Shown here: one piece after another, positions 30,445 through 41,403 of the stretch
Position numbering within the stretch: the first letter of the stretch is position 1
How the letters are laid out: each line of letters begins with the position of its first letter
NCBI GenBank assembly: GCA_965223845.1
Contig: CBDCXR010000004.1
Span: forward strand, 256,001-320,000
DNA: 64,000 nt
Origin: Planctomycetota bacterium
Lineage (GTDB): Bacteria > Planctomycetota > UBA8108 > SXIK01
Direction of reading: 5' to 3'
Translations under genes and position numbers: made by a program
The notes under the pieces: generated by a model
What the model was told of the DNA's origin: nothing
Databases searched by the model: none
The model's input: only the letters and a program-made list of their open reading frames with translations

Positions 30445-31809
30445 ATGCGCCATCGGAAGAAGCTCGACCTGGGCGGCAGCCCGAACGCCGGATGCGATCG
30501 GAGCGGAGCTCGCGCGAGCGCCCGCGGCGTCGCGAACTCGCCTCGACCCGGGCGTCGAGCGAGCGAGCGGCCGTGCGGGAGCGTCTCGATCGGAGCCGCA
30601 AGCACCGCCGAGTCTCCACCGAACGTCGGGCCCTCGTGGCGTTTCCTCGTGCTCGCCTGCGCACTCGTCACCGCATCGACGGCGATCACCGGCTGCCGAT
30701 TTTACGGCACTCCGCGTCCCTCGACGCCCGAAGCGGAGCTGAAGAAGATCGAGTCCGAGCCGTGGGGTAATCCCGGCGAGGTCCTCGTCCGCGTGAACGG
30801 TCGACCCATTACGCGAGGGGAGTTCTACATCCGCGTGCTGCGGCGCTTCGGCACCATGAAGATCTTGAGCGGCGTCGTGAAGGAGGAGCTCTTTCTCCAA
30901 GAAGCGGAGCGACTCGGAATCAAGGTCGAGCGGGATGATGTCGCCGAGCGCGTCGAGGCGATCCTCGACGGAATGGCGGAAGAAGCCGGTGGAGCGGACG
31001 GGCTTCGAGCGCAGTATGCGCGCGAAGGTCTGACGCCCGAGGCGGTGCGTCGCGATCTCGAACGAGAGGTGTCGACTCAGCTTCTCGTGGGTGAGGTGAC
31101 CCGCGCCGCACGGCGCCTCGATGACGCTGCGCTGCGCGAGTACTACAAGAATACCTACAAGCATCGCCGCTTCGTGACCCGTCAGATCGCCTACTCATTC
31201 GGGACGTCGGAGGAGATCTCGGCCCCGGTGCGGGCGCGCGAGAAGCTTGAGGCGCGAAACAAGGCGCTCCGCGCGCGCGATCGCGTTCTCGGAGGCGCAA
31301 GCTTCGCCGAGCTCGCGCGGGCGGAATCGGAGGATCCGATGACGGCGCCGCGCGGCGGCTGGCTCGGAGCGATCCACCGGGAGACGCCGATGCGCTTCCC
31401 CGAGTTCAAGGAAGCGATCTTCGCGCTCGAGGAAGGCGGCGTGAGCGAGCCGGTCGAGAATCCGAGCGGCGGCTACCACATCTTCCTCGTCGAGCGGGTG
31501 CTCGAGAGCGAAAGCTTCGTCGACTGCCGCGAAAAGATGCGGAAGGAGCTCGCGGAGATGCCGCCCGATCAGAAGGAGATCGAATCGGTGCTGCGCGACC
31601 TGCAGCAGCGGGCGCAGGTCGACTTCGGGGCGACGCCGCTTGGTGAGCCTGCGCCCGGCGATCGGGAGCCGCCGGCTAGTGCGGCGCCCGATTCTCCGGA
31701 GGGGGGCGCGAACCCAGGGGACGCATCCGCGAGCTCTTCGCCGACTGTTCCGGAGGCTCCTACGACGGACGCGAACGGCACGGGCGGCTCGGGCGGAGAA
31801 GAGGAATGA
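30445..31809 (+). CDS. PpiC-type peptidyl-prolyl isomerase lipoprotein (PrsA/SurA-like)
   Basis: Lipobox ITGC, VRVNGRPITR, FAELARAESED..TAPRGGWLG and SEPVENPSGGYHI motifs; start uncertain. Confidence 0.85.
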   Translation: MRHRKKLDLGGSPNAGCDRSGARASARGVANSPRPGRRASERPCGSVSIGAASTAESPPNVGPSWRFLVLACALVTASTAITGCRFYGTPRPSTPEAELKKIESEPWGNPGEVLVRVNGRPITRGEFYIRVLRRFGTMKILSGVVKEELFLQEAERLGIKVERDDVAERVEAILDGMAEEAGGADGLRAQYAREGLTPEAVRRDLEREVSTQLLVGEVTRAARRLDDAALREYYKNTYKHRRFVTRQIAYSFGTSEEISAPVRAREKLEARNKALRARDRVLGGASFAELARAESEDPMTAPRGGWLGAIHRETPMRFPEFKEAIFALEEGGVSEPVENPSGGYHIFLVERVLESESFVDCREKMRKELAEMPPDQKEIESVLRDLQQRAQVDFGATPLGEPAPGDREPPASAAPDSPEGGANPGDASASSSPTVPEAPTTDANGTGGSGGEEE

Positions 31810-32924
31810 TTCGAGACATCCGCGACGGCGAGAGCGCCGACCACCCGGGGGACGAGGGACCGTCGCCGGCGGAAGACGACATCGAGGGCGACGACGAAGT
31901 GGCGACGGACGAGAGCGCGCCGACTCCGAGAGACGGCGATGCGGACGGCGACGCCACCGAGCTGGATGGCGAAGAGGGAACTGCGTTCGCCCGCGGGGCC
32001 GACGGCGAGCTCGCGGGGCCGGATGATCTCGCGAGCATCGCCGATGCCGAGGCGGAGGCCGAGGGCGACGAGGAAGACGCGGACACGCTCGGGCTCGAGG
32101 CCGTCGGGCTCGAGTCGGCCGGCGAAGGGCCGCGAACGCGAACTGGCGAGGACGGGTTCCCCGAGCGCGCGGACGACGCAGCGACGGCGGGGTCGTCTGG
32201 GTCGCGACGGCAGACCGAGCCGGACACGCTGGAGGATCCCGCTGAGATCAAGCGGGTCGTCGAAGCGGTGCTCTTTTCGCTCGCAGATCCGATGAGCATT
32301 CGCCACCTCAGTGAGATCGTTGGCGTGGGAGTTCACGAGACCCGGCAGGCGGTCGAGGATCTTCGCTTCGAGTACGTCGACACCGAGCGCGCGTTTCGAC
32401 TCGAGGAAATCGCGGGCGGCGTCCAGATCCTTACCCGAAGCGACTACGACCCGTGGCTCCGGCGCCTCCGGCAAAAGCAAAAGGAGTCGAAGCTCTCCGC
32501 GGCGGCGCTCGAGACGCTGTCGATCGTCGCGTACAAGCAGCCGATCACGAAGGCTGAGCTCGAAGGAATCCGCGGGGTCGATTGCACCCAGATCCTGAAG
32601 ACGCTCGTCGATCGCGGCCTCGTTTGCATCGCGGGGCGGGACGAAGGAATCGGAAAGGCTCTTCTCTACGGGACGACCGAGCGATTCCTCGAGAGCTTCG
32701 GACTCGAGTCGGTGAAGGAGCTTCCGCAGCCGGAAGACCTCATCGCGAAGTCGGGCGGGGGAGGCCCGAGTTCGCCTTCGCGCAGCCGCGCGAGCGCAGA
32801 CGCGGAGCAGGACATGGAGAGCGACCTCGACGCCGAGCCGCCGGACGAGGCGGCCGAAGGGGAGGCCACCGCGGACGTGGGGGAGAGCGAGGCCGATGAC
32901 CGCGCGCCGGCGGAGGGATCCTAG
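31806..32924 (+). CDS. scpB: SMC-Scp complex subunit ScpB with acidic extensions
   Basis: VEAVLF, LSAAALETLSIVAYKQPITKAELEGIRGV and LYGTTERFLESFGL..LP motifs. Confidence 0.93.
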   Translation: MIRDIRDGESADHPGDEGPSPAEDDIEGDDEVATDESAPTPRDGDADGDATELDGEEGTAFARGADGELAGPDDLASIADAEAEAEGDEEDADTLGLEAVGLESAGEGPRTRTGEDGFPERADDAATAGSSGSRRQTEPDTLEDPAEIKRVVEAVLFSLADPMSIRHLSEIVGVGVHETRQAVEDLRFEYVDTERAFRLEEIAGGVQILTRSDYDPWLRRLRQKQKESKLSAAALETLSIVAYKQPITKAELEGIRGVDCTQILKTLVDRGLVCIAGRDEGIGKALLYGTTERFLESFGLESVKELPQPEDLIAKSGGGGPSSPSRSRASADAEQDMESDLDAEPPDEAAEGEATADVGESEADDRAPAEGS

Positions 32925-32984
32925 TCCCCTTCTGCGCCCGGCGAAGCGAGATTCGGCGCGAACGAACACGCGTTGATTTCTCGC

Positions 32985-33013
32985 TTGAAACCCCCAGGGG
33001 GCACTCCTAAGAT
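32985..33013 (+). promoter_or_regulatory. Promoter TTGAAA-N17-TAAGAT for tRNA-Arg
   Basis: Near-consensus hexamers with 17-bp spacing upstream of the tRNA. Confidence 0.5.
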
Positions 33014-33155
33014 CACTGGCCGCTTCGCACGCAAAACGCGATGGCAGGGGGGCTTGCCGAAATCCACGGCGGGCCGCGAATGCGGGGATGGCGAGCGCGG
33101 AAGATCATTGCATCGATCTCCCTCCCCGCCCCGCTTCGGTCGTGCGGAGACCAGC

Positions 33156-33232
<77 letters not shown>

Positions 33233-33518
33233 ATTTTGAACAACGAATTGCGGGGGCCGCGAGAGCGGCCCCCGACCGTGCGGAATGGATGCGGGATGCG
33301 TGCGTCCTCCGCGGCGGCGCCCGAGCTTTCGGCGCATCGGACTCATCGTCCTCGGAGCGCTCGACTTCGCAGTTCAAGCCGCTGGACTCGACTGAATCCG
33401 CGGAAGAGTAGCGAACGGAGAACGTCGAGACTACGGATCCGGCGGTTTTTCGTCCGCCGTTTCTCGGGATGTCCCGACCGCGGCTCGTCGCTTCCTCGCG
33501 CGGTCTAATCGTCGCTTT

Positions 33519-33743
33519 TCATTCGTCGCCGACGATCGCGCCGATGATCGCGAGAACGATCAAGATGGCCCAGCCGCCGAGTATCACGAAGAAGAGCACG
33601 GCGACCCACGCCCCCTCGAGCCCCCGCACTTCTTCGCCGAACGCCCGGATTCCGTTGAGTCCGCCGACGAGCGCGACGATCAGAAGGATGATCACGACGG
33701 GCGCCAACGCCCCTTTGAGGGCGCCTTTCGTCACGCGGTGCAT
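33519..33743 (-). CDS. Small two-TM membrane protein
   Basis: Two strongly hydrophobic helices; 74 aa. Confidence 0.6.
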   Translation of the reverse strand: MHRVTKGALKGALAPVVIILLIVALVGGLNGIRAFGEEVRGLEGAWVAVLFFVILGGWAILIVLAIIGAIVGDE

Positions 33744-33839
33744 TCTGAGTACCCGGGTAGGAAACGGTGCTCGAGCTCGCGTTCTGAGCCCGCTCGAGCT
33801 CGTGCGCTCTCGACTCGCCTATGAATCGATCTGGGCCCA

Positions 33840-35900
33840 TCACCGCGGCGGATTCGCGGCGACGGTCGGGGGTCGACGCGCTGCGGCGGCTCGCAGTGCT
33901 TGAACACACCTTGCCGCCCGGCGGCCGAGTTTTGTATCCCCTCGTTGTTGTACGATCCACTCGAGTTCTGAAACAGCACACGACGGCACGTCGGCCCCGC
34001 TTTCCGCCCAGCCGCTGAGAACAAAATGGATCGCCGGCCGCTCGGTGCGCCAGCCTCTCGAATCGTCCTCCGGCTTCTCGCGCCAATGGTTCATGTAGGG
34101 CGCCAGCGCGAGACGAGATCTCTCGTTCTCCCTGCGCAGGAGCTCGCATGCGATCTCGGCTCGGGAAATGAGCGGGAAGAGCGCACGACCCTCCCATTCG
34201 CGAAAGCCTAGCTCGAGCAGCGAGAACAGGTGTTCTCGTGCGCCGGGCTCCGCCCGCGCGGCAAGTACCGCCGCCGCGTGAATGGCGAGTACGCGGGACC
34301 TACACTTCGTCCACCGCCGGAGGAGCGGGATCAGCTCCGGGGGGCAACGAGTTCGCGTCTCGGAGGCGAGTGCTCGAAGAAGTTCCGTGATCGGGAACGG
34401 ATTCTGCAGTCGATTCATCGGAACTTCCTGATCCGCGAGGATCCGCTCGGCGACGACCGCGACTGCTTCCGGTGCGCCCAATCGCGCGAGAGTGATGATC
34501 ACAGCATCGCGCACCGGTCCGTTCGGAGTCGACTGGACGAGAGCGAGCAGGCGTGGCATTTCGCCGGTGAGGTGGTTGAGGTCGAACACCGGGAGACCAG
34601 ACTGCGCGAGATGGAAAGCCGGGGAATCGTAGTCCTGAGACAGCCCCGCCGGTAGATCGTCCTCCAGCCACTCGAGGAATGCTCGCACGGCTGCTCCCGA
34701 GCTTCGTTCGGGCCGAATCAACTCGATGGCGCGTGGCTCTCGCGCGCGAAGGAGCGCGGTCAGGCAGCTTCGACGTTCGGAATCCGAACGACTCGACGCG
34801 GTGAGATGAAAACGCGCGGAGTTTCGAATCTCAGCTTCCGAGTCGCGGGTGAAAGCGCGCACGATTTCGTCCGCAGACCTCATATCGGAATCGATGGCGA
34901 CGGTGAGCGCGCTGAACCGTACCCGTGCATCGGGATCGAGAGCGGCGCCGAGGAGCTCGTCTTTCGTCGCCAGCGAAGGGCCGAGCATCGCGTACGCGAT
35001 CGCCCGGACCAACGCGCTCCGGTGACCGAGGTGCCTTCGTGCTCGGTGTCGCTCGCGCCCGGATTTTCCGATCGCACTTAGTCCGCGAAGGACGTCGCCC
35101 GTACTCAGCGAATCGAGGAAGCCGATCGTCTCGGGGTCGAGCTCGGACGCGCCCTCAACGAGTCCGTCGGTAAGCTCGGCGAAGTACGGCGTCGAGTAGT
35201 GGTCTTGAGCGACGGGGCCGAGGTCGACGAATCCACGCTCGTCGATCGTGGCGAGCGCGATATCGTCCCACTCGGATCCAGTGTACGCGAGGGCCGAGAC
35301 TCCGCTCCGGGGGAGCGGCTCGTGCCCTCGGTCTTCGGTGCAGCCGAAGAATATGTAGGAATCGAGCGCGTCGTCGGACAGAAACGGTTCGATTTCGACG
35401 AGCCGTCCCGCAGCGTCGAGCAAGCGATGCACTCCGGCGTACGTCAGCTTTCTGCGATTCGGCCCAGGCCCGAGAGATTCGCCCGAAGTCTGGAAGCAGA
35501 CGAGCCAATACTCGCTGCCGTCGAGTGCGTCTATCCTCTGGACGAACTGGACTACCGGTTCGGCATCGGCACGTTCAAAGTCGAACGGGTCGGCCGCGGC
35601 CAACGCCAAATGCGAGATGAGCGCCGCGGAGAATCGGCTTTCCGCGACGTAATCGTCGACGTCTTCGACGAGGATATCCGCTCGAGCGTAGAGCGCCGAC
35701 TGCAGCCACCCCGAGATCTCATCGTCCTCTCCGAATCGGCCGAGTCTCGCCACTTCACGCCACGACGCCGGAAGGACGAAGAGCTCGATCCGGTTCGAGT
35801 AGAGGATCGTTGAGACGCCTGCGGCGAGCGCGAGAGTCGCGGTGATGAGGCCGGCGACGACCGGAGCGCCGCGCGGACGTCGAGGAGAGAAACGGAGCAT
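33840..35900 (-). CDS. Membrane-anchored HEAT-repeat hypothetical protein
   Basis: N-terminal TM and repeated HEAT-like motifs (DPDARVRFSAL, DSEAEIRNSARFHL); the true C-terminus is uncertain. Confidence 0.65.
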   Translation of the reverse strand: MLRFSPRRPRGAPVVAGLITATLALAAGVSTILYSNRIELFVLPASWREVARLGRFGEDDEISGWLQSALYARADILVEDVDDYVAESRFSAALISHLALAAADPFDFERADAEPVVQFVQRIDALDGSEYWLVCFQTSGESLGPGPNRRKLTYAGVHRLLDAAGRLVEIEPFLSDDALDSYIFFGCTEDRGHEPLPRSGVSALAYTGSEWDDIALATIDERGFVDLGPVAQDHYSTPYFAELTDGLVEGASELDPETIGFLDSLSTGDVLRGLSAIGKSGRERHRARRHLGHRSALVRAIAYAMLGPSLATKDELLGAALDPDARVRFSALTVAIDSDMRSADEIVRAFTRDSEAEIRNSARFHLTASSRSDSERRSCLTALLRAREPRAIELIRPERSSGAAVRAFLEWLEDDLPAGLSQDYDSPAFHLAQSGLPVFDLNHLTGEMPRLLALVQSTPNGPVRDAVIITLARLGAPEAVAVVAERILADQEVPMNRLQNPFPITELLRALASETRTRCPPELIPLLRRWTKCRSRVLAIHAAAVLAARAEPGAREHLFSLLELGFREWEGRALFPLISRAEIACELLRRENERSRLALAPYMNHWREKPEDDSRGWRTERPAIHFVLSGWAESGADVPSCAVSELEWIVQQRGDTKLGRRAARCVQALRAAAARRPPTVAANPPR

Positions 35901-36026
35901 GAAGCTGACCTGCGCTGGGGTGCGCCGCGCGGGTGGCTCTCGAGTCTTCTCTCTTCGCTTAGCCTACAACCGCCCCGGAGGATCGCCGTAGATTCTCCAT
36001 CGAAGCGATCCTGTCGAGTCCGGGCC

Positions 36027-36257
36027 TCAGCGAACCCAGCGGAGCTTGTCGTCCTCGAGAACGAGGACGCGCGATCCGCCGCGGTAGATCCAGATCTCTT
36101 CCGCGCTGCCGGTCTGCGTCGCGACGCGTTTCGCCGGCGGGCCGAGCCGAGCGACGATCTCCGTTCGATCCATGCCGAGCCGAACGTGGCCGGTGCGCGG
36201 AAGGGAGCAGCCGGTGGCGATGAAGAGAGTGACGATTGCGGTGAGAAGTGCTCGCAT
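36027..36257 (-). CDS. Small lipoprotein, SmpA/OmlA(BamE)-like
   Basis: Lipobox ATGC followed by VRLGMDRTEIVARLGPP...EEIWIY. Confidence 0.7.
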   Translation of the reverse strand: MRALLTAIVTLFIATGCSLPRTGHVRLGMDRTEIVARLGPPAKRVATQTGSAEEIWIYRGGSRVLVLEDDKLRWVR

Positions 36258-36562
36258 CGGAGGGGCTCCAATTCGGGGTTGGCGGGCGATACGGCGGAAG
36301 CCATTCTTCCGTCCACGCCCTTCCAGGGCCGATTCGAGCTCACGCCGTAACCGCGGATTCTCCTCCGTCGAACGGGAGACGCTGTAAGTTGTTTTGAAAG
36401 TGTATGTTGCGCGGTTTTCCGCAGTGGTTCGGGAAATGGCCCAGAGGTCCGCGCGTCTATTGGTTGGGGCCGAGTTGGACGACCGCCGTGCGGTCGAGTG
36501 GCGCCCGGCCCCCGATTGTAGAGGTCACCGACAAGTCAGCGGTCGCGGAGGACACACGACTG

Positions 36563-36973
36563 ATGAATAGCCTTGCTCTCTTTTTGGGCGGCACTCTCGC
36601 CCTCGCGGGAACGAGCTGCGGTGTTGAACGCGGTCGCTCAGGCGCTCCGCAGTCGGACATCCTCGACTCTCTCGTCGGTTCGGTAGCGGAGGTGATGCTG
36701 CGTTCCGAGCTCATCGACGGCGGCCGCGCTCTAACCCCGCCGAACACGTCGGGGAGTCTCGAGCGGTCCGAGACTTCGATCACGGGAACGATCGTGTCGA
36801 GTGACGAGGACTGGATCGTCGTCGAGGTCGAGCACATTCGAGTCGATCGACTTCCCGGAGGGGCCGTGAAAACCTACGGAGACTCCGGAGTGCGGGCACG
36901 AACGCGGTATCTTGTCCCGCGGGAGAACATTCTCGCCGTTCGCGTACCGAACCCGAGCGGGGAGTCTGCCTGA
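36563..36973 (+). CDS. Hypothetical lipoprotein
   Basis: RBS GGAGGA, lipobox GTSC, Sm/LSM-like beta pattern (ITGTIVSSDEDWIVV...LVPRENILAV). Confidence 0.6.
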   Translation: MNSLALFLGGTLALAGTSCGVERGRSGAPQSDILDSLVGSVAEVMLRSELIDGGRALTPPNTSGSLERSETSITGTIVSSDEDWIVVEVEHIRVDRLPGGAVKTYGDSGVRARTRYLVPRENILAVRVPNPSGESA

Positions 36974-37045
36974 GCCCGCGCCGCGACGCGCGAGTCGAGA
37001 GAGTGTAAGTGCAGTTTTGGCCGTCCGGGGTAAGAGGAGACAGAA

Positions 37046-37942
37046 ATGAACGCGACCGCAGAAAAGTCGATCGAAGTGAGATCGGGCTGGACGATGATCT
37101 GGACGGCGCTCGGTGTTCTCCTCGGAGGAATCCTCGCAACGGCCATCTTCGTCATTCTTCTCGACGAGACCGACGAGATGATGTGGGGATTCGGGCTCAT
37201 CGCCTCTGTTCCCATGATTCCGGTGGGTCTGCTCCTCCTCGCCGGTCACTTCACTCTCCAACCGAACGAAGCGCGTGTGCTCGTCCTCTTCGGCGAGTAC
37301 CGCGGCACCGTGCGAACGAGCGGTTTCTACTGGACGAATCCGTTTTACACGAAGAAGAAGATCTCGACGCGATCGCGAAACCTCGACGGAGAGAAGCTCA
37401 AGGTGAACGACAAGCGCGGAAATCCGATCGAAATCTCCGCGGTGGTCGTTTGGCATGTGAGCGACACGGCGAAGGCCGCGTTCGACGTCGACGACTACGA
37501 GCAGTTCGTGCGCATTCAAAGCGAGTCGGCCGTACGCATGCTCGCTAACGACTACGCGTACGATCACGGGGAGGGAAACGAAGTGACTCTGCGAAGCGGA
37601 GTCGACGAGGTGTCGGAAGCGCTCCAAGATCACATCCAGCAGCGACTCGATAAGGCCGGTGTGACGGTCGAAGAAGCGCGGCTCAACCATCTCGCCTACG
37701 CCCCCGAGATCGCCGGAACCATGCTCCGGCGTCAGCAGGCCGAAGCGATCATCGACGCCCGACAGAAGATCGTTCAGGGCGCGGTAAGCATGGTCGAAAT
37801 GGCACTCGACGGATTGCAGCAGAAGCAAATCGTCGAGCTCGACGCCGCGCAGCGAGCGACGATGGTGAGTAACCTCCTCGTCGTCCTTTGCGGCGAGTCG
37901 GAGGCGACTCCGGTGATCAATACGGGAGCGGTCTCCAAGTAG
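37046..37942 (+). CDS. SPFH/Band 7 domain membrane protein
   Basis: QPNEARVLVLFGEYRGTV, LKVNDKRGNPIEI, LAYAPEIAGTMLRRQQA and MVSNLLVVLCGE motifs. Confidence 0.92.
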   Translation: MNATAEKSIEVRSGWTMIWTALGVLLGGILATAIFVILLDETDEMMWGFGLIASVPMIPVGLLLLAGHFTLQPNEARVLVLFGEYRGTVRTSGFYWTNPFYTKKKISTRSRNLDGEKLKVNDKRGNPIEISAVVVWHVSDTAKAAFDVDDYEQFVRIQSESAVRMLANDYAYDHGEGNEVTLRSGVDEVSEALQDHIQQRLDKAGVTVEEARLNHLAYAPEIAGTMLRRQQAEAIIDARQKIVQGAVSMVEMALDGLQQKQIVELDAAQRATMVSNLLVVLCGESEATPVINTGAVSK

Positions 37943-38080
37943 CGTTCGCGCAGCAGTCGATCTCCGCGGACGATCGTCGCGCCAAACCACGCCGGCCGGC
38001 GAGAGCCTCGCCCGGATCGAGTCGAGCGGGCCATGACCTTGCAAGCCGAGATGCTGCGAGCGAGAATGCCCGGCCGATGC

Positions 38081-38170
38081 GGAGAGGTGCCGGAGCGGCC
38101 GAACGGGGTGGTTTTGAAAACCACTGTCCTCGCAAGGGGACCCAGGGTTCGAATCCCTGCCTCTCCGCCA
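38081..38170 (+). tRNA. tRNA-Ser(TGA); integration site (attL)
   Basis: GGAGAGG/CCTCTCC acceptor, anticodon loop TTTGAAA, long variable arm GTCCTC-GCAA-GGGGAC, GGTTCGAATCC, CCA. Promoter-like TTGCAA-N17-GAGAAT at 38039-38067. Confidence 0.97.
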
Positions 38171-38362
38171 TAAACGCCGGCGTGTGCGGCGGTTGGGTGG
38201 ACGGGTGACGGGGCGGTCGGGCGCGTATCGAGGCCGGAGAGGGCTCGAGTGTCCCCGAAGTTGCCCTCTTTTGATGTGAGGACAGTTCGTGGCGAGGCGT
38301 GGAAACTCGTGACGAGGCGGTGCTCCTCGAGGAGTCTTGTGGGACAGCGTCTCGCCAGGCAA

Positions 38363-40120
38363 TTAACGGTTGCCGGACGTCCGGGACGCTCCCAACGGTT
38401 TCAGAGGACGGCCCCGCGGCACGAGTCGACCCGTCGACGGATCGACCCTGCAACTCTCCCGCGAATACTGATACTCGATCGCGCAGCATTGGTAGGCAGT
38501 CCAGATTACGCGCTCGATGATTCGGGCGTCCTCTTCAGCGGGATCACCCCGCGGGTGCTCGGTCGCGTACTCGAGCAATCGCTTGCCCCATCTTGCGCCC
38601 TTCTCGATTCGATAGTTCGTCGGACGAAGAGCGGCGAACATTTCGGCACCCGTGGTGCAGGATTCGGTCGCCTGTTCGATTCTGCCGATCGTGTCGGGGG
38701 TTTCGGCTTCGAGCATTCGGGCAACAATTCGGCAGAGTTCGGCTCGAGTAAAGTTCGCAAACTCGAAATCCGGATCACACATGAAGAACAGTCCGCAGAT
38801 TTGATCCCTTTCAACGGCCTGGCGAACTACGCGGAGATTGTCCGCTCGGTCGCTATCCAAGACAATCAAGCTAAAAACCCTGGACTCAAGATCCGTTCGA
38901 AGGCTTTCGGAAAAGGAAAGATCGCCACGGTCGACGAAACGACCTCGGAGGTCGACGACCGAAACGGAGCCGTGGTTCGCGAACTCCGATCGGAAACAAC
39001 CGTACTCGGTCGCTCCTTCGACGTAGATCTTCACCCGCAGCCCGTAGTCAAGGCCGAGGTATCGTAGGTATTGGTTTGAGGCCTGACGGTCACCATCCAG
39101 AATGCGAGGTGTCTCGTCGGTGAGGCATTCACGGTCCCGATAACCGGACGGCGAGAACTCGCACTCACCTGATTCGCGTGTTCGGTTCGCTGCAGATCGC
39201 TCCTGCGTCCGGCGAAGTGCTTCTCCCATGTGAAACAGAAGCATCGCACCGGAGATGTGTCCCTTCAGGCGTTTCCGAAACGCGGAGTTCGCGAGGCGGA
39301 TCAAAAGGTGCAAGTCCGTATTTGGGTCTAGGATCTTAGATTCGTGACGAATCTCACGCCTGTACTCGTTCAACGAAGAATGGTCGATTGCCGACATCAA
39401 ACGCCGGACGTCGGCGTCGAGTGAAGCGAGTTCCCGCTCCGTGGTTTCGAAAGTCGTAAGACCCTTGCGACGAACGGTCTGAAATATATCGATGTGGCTC
39501 GGCGGCTCCCCGATCACGCAAAGTGATACCAAGTCGTTCCAGTTCTGGATTCGACGTTCATGGATGTCGGCGCGTTCGATCCACTCAGCTAAGACGGTGA
39601 AACGACCGTTGAGAATCGTCGAGTGGAGTTTCTCGATCCGGGGTGTTTGCAGCGAAGGACTTCGACATCCCGTGAGCAGCCGAGATATTTTCCACAATAC
39701 GAAACATCGAAAAGGGTGGAACCACACCAGGTTTGTTGCACGAGGGTCTTGAGGCTCGGCAAGCTTCGCCTGCAGAGCGTCGAGAGATTTGGGGTACGGG
39801 CATGTGAGTCGAATTGTAGGCGTTCGAGCAGATTCTTCTCGGTTCAGCTCACGAATCGCGTCCGCGTGAAGGAACCCAATTCTCCACAGATCAAGAATCG
39901 CATCCGCGCAGTAATCGGCTGTTCGATTGTCTCTCGCCAGGCTACTCAGGTCCCAGGCGTTCAACAGACCCATCTGCCAAAGTTCGTTCGTCTCGATGGT
40001 CTCGCGGATCGCTGCGATTCCGGACCGTGTGGTCGCGGAAAACCAGATCGGGTCGGTGCTCTCCGAGCGAGCGCGTGTCGGGTCGTTGATCACGTTGACT
40101 TCACTGCCGTTCGATTCCAA
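38363..40120 (-). CDS. Hypothetical protein with C-terminal OLD-family-like TOPRIM domain
   Basis: VKIYVEGATE, LIVLDSD, DFE and a late K..W G motif; no Walker A in the N-terminal ~350 aa. Confidence 0.7.
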   Translation of the reverse strand: MESNGSEVNVINDPTRARSESTDPIWFSATTRSGIAAIRETIETNELWQMGLLNAWDLSSLARDNRTADYCADAILDLWRIGFLHADAIRELNREESARTPTIRLTCPYPKSLDALQAKLAEPQDPRATNLVWFHPFRCFVLWKISRLLTGCRSPSLQTPRIEKLHSTILNGRFTVLAEWIERADIHERRIQNWNDLVSLCVIGEPPSHIDIFQTVRRKGLTTFETTERELASLDADVRRLMSAIDHSSLNEYRREIRHESKILDPNTDLHLLIRLANSAFRKRLKGHISGAMLLFHMGEALRRTQERSAANRTRESGECEFSPSGYRDRECLTDETPRILDGDRQASNQYLRYLGLDYGLRVKIYVEGATEYGCFRSEFANHGSVSVVDLRGRFVDRGDLSFSESLRTDLESRVFSLIVLDSDRADNLRVVRQAVERDQICGLFFMCDPDFEFANFTRAELCRIVARMLEAETPDTIGRIEQATESCTTGAEMFAALRPTNYRIEKGARWGKRLLEYATEHPRGDPAEEDARIIERVIWTAYQCCAIEYQYSRESCRVDPSTGRLVPRGRPLKPLGASRTSGNR

Positions 40121-40395
40121 TCCGCGTGAGTACTGGACAACGATTGAGAGTCAATCCGGTTCGAGGGTTGACGACGTTTTCATGCGGTCGTACCGTCGCC
40201 CATCAAAATCCCCCGCCGGGGTCGGATCTCCGACGGGGGAAGGGATTCCCTCGCCGTACGAGGTAGGCGAGGGATTGTGGGGCTAATTGATCGAGCGGGT
40301 ACCGAACGCGTTAGCGCGTTCAGTTGATCGCCCACGCTGCTTCGGCAGACCAGGCTCGAAGATCTACTCAGAGTAGACGCATGATCCGAGCGGCG

Positions 40396-41403
40396 TCAAT
40401 GTTTCAACTGGCGCGTCGCGCTTGTCCCGCCCGGCCGCGTTCCGAGATAGGCGCCGAGCTTTCCCAGCCCCTCGGCCACGTCCCGCTCGTTCACGATCGC
40501 GTAGCGTCGGTACACGGATTCTGTCTTGTGGCCGGTGATCTTCATCGCGATCGAACGCGGAACACCCGCGCGTTCGAGATTCCGTACGGCGGTACGGCGG
40601 AGGTCGTGGAACAGACGACCGGGGCAGCCGGCCTCCCGGCAGGCCTTTCGCCGCGCGGAGTAGATCGAGCGGATTTCCCGTCCCCGGCGATGGAATACCC
40701 AGGGGATGACGCACTTACGCTCGCGCTCGAGCCGAAGCGTCCGCTCCCGCTGCACACGAATCAGCTCCCGGAGTTCAGGGAGCGCCCCGAACGGGAGAAC
40801 TCGACCGTCGTCGTTCTTCGTCGATCCTACTTCGAGGCGGATCACCTCGGCATGAAGGTCGACCTGGCTCCACCGGAGCGGAAGGATCTCTCCGAGACGC
40901 CAGCCCGTCAGGTAACCGAACTCGGCGACGGCCCGCAGCCCCTCGGGGAGGTCTCGGGCGACTCGCTCGAATTCGTCGCGCTCGAAGAATCCCGTACGGG
41001 TGTTCTTTACCTCGATCGCCGGGAAGTGAGGAACGGCCCCGATCTTTCCCCCTCGGTGAGCGAGGCGAAACGCGCGCCGGAGCGCGATCAACTCGTTTCG
41101 AACGGTCGCTGGCGCCATTCCGTCTCGAAGCCGCCGGGAGGCGTAGCGCTCAATCCGGTCGGTGGTGATGTCGATCGCGAGCGTACGGCCAAATGATTCG
41201 CGAAGGTTGTTGATCGAGATCTGGACTCGCCGAGTGGACTTCCGCCGATTCAGCTCGTAGTCGGCGAGCAATACTTCGCAGAGATCTTCAAAGGTCGCGC
41301 GCTCGGCAGCAGGCCCTACGGGGCGCTGACCGGCGCCGATCTCAGCGATCCTCTTTTTGAGGAGCTTCACAGCGTCGCCGCGTCGGTGCGAATGAGAGGA
41401 CTG
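40396..41403 (-). pseudogene. Tyrosine recombinase/integrase, N-terminally truncated
   Basis: Catalytic set intact: GWRLGEI, TKND, FHDLRRT, TGHKT, YRRY. Homology appears to start abruptly at SSHSHRRGDAVKLLKKR; the only nearby start is GTG 41370. Confidence 0.85.
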
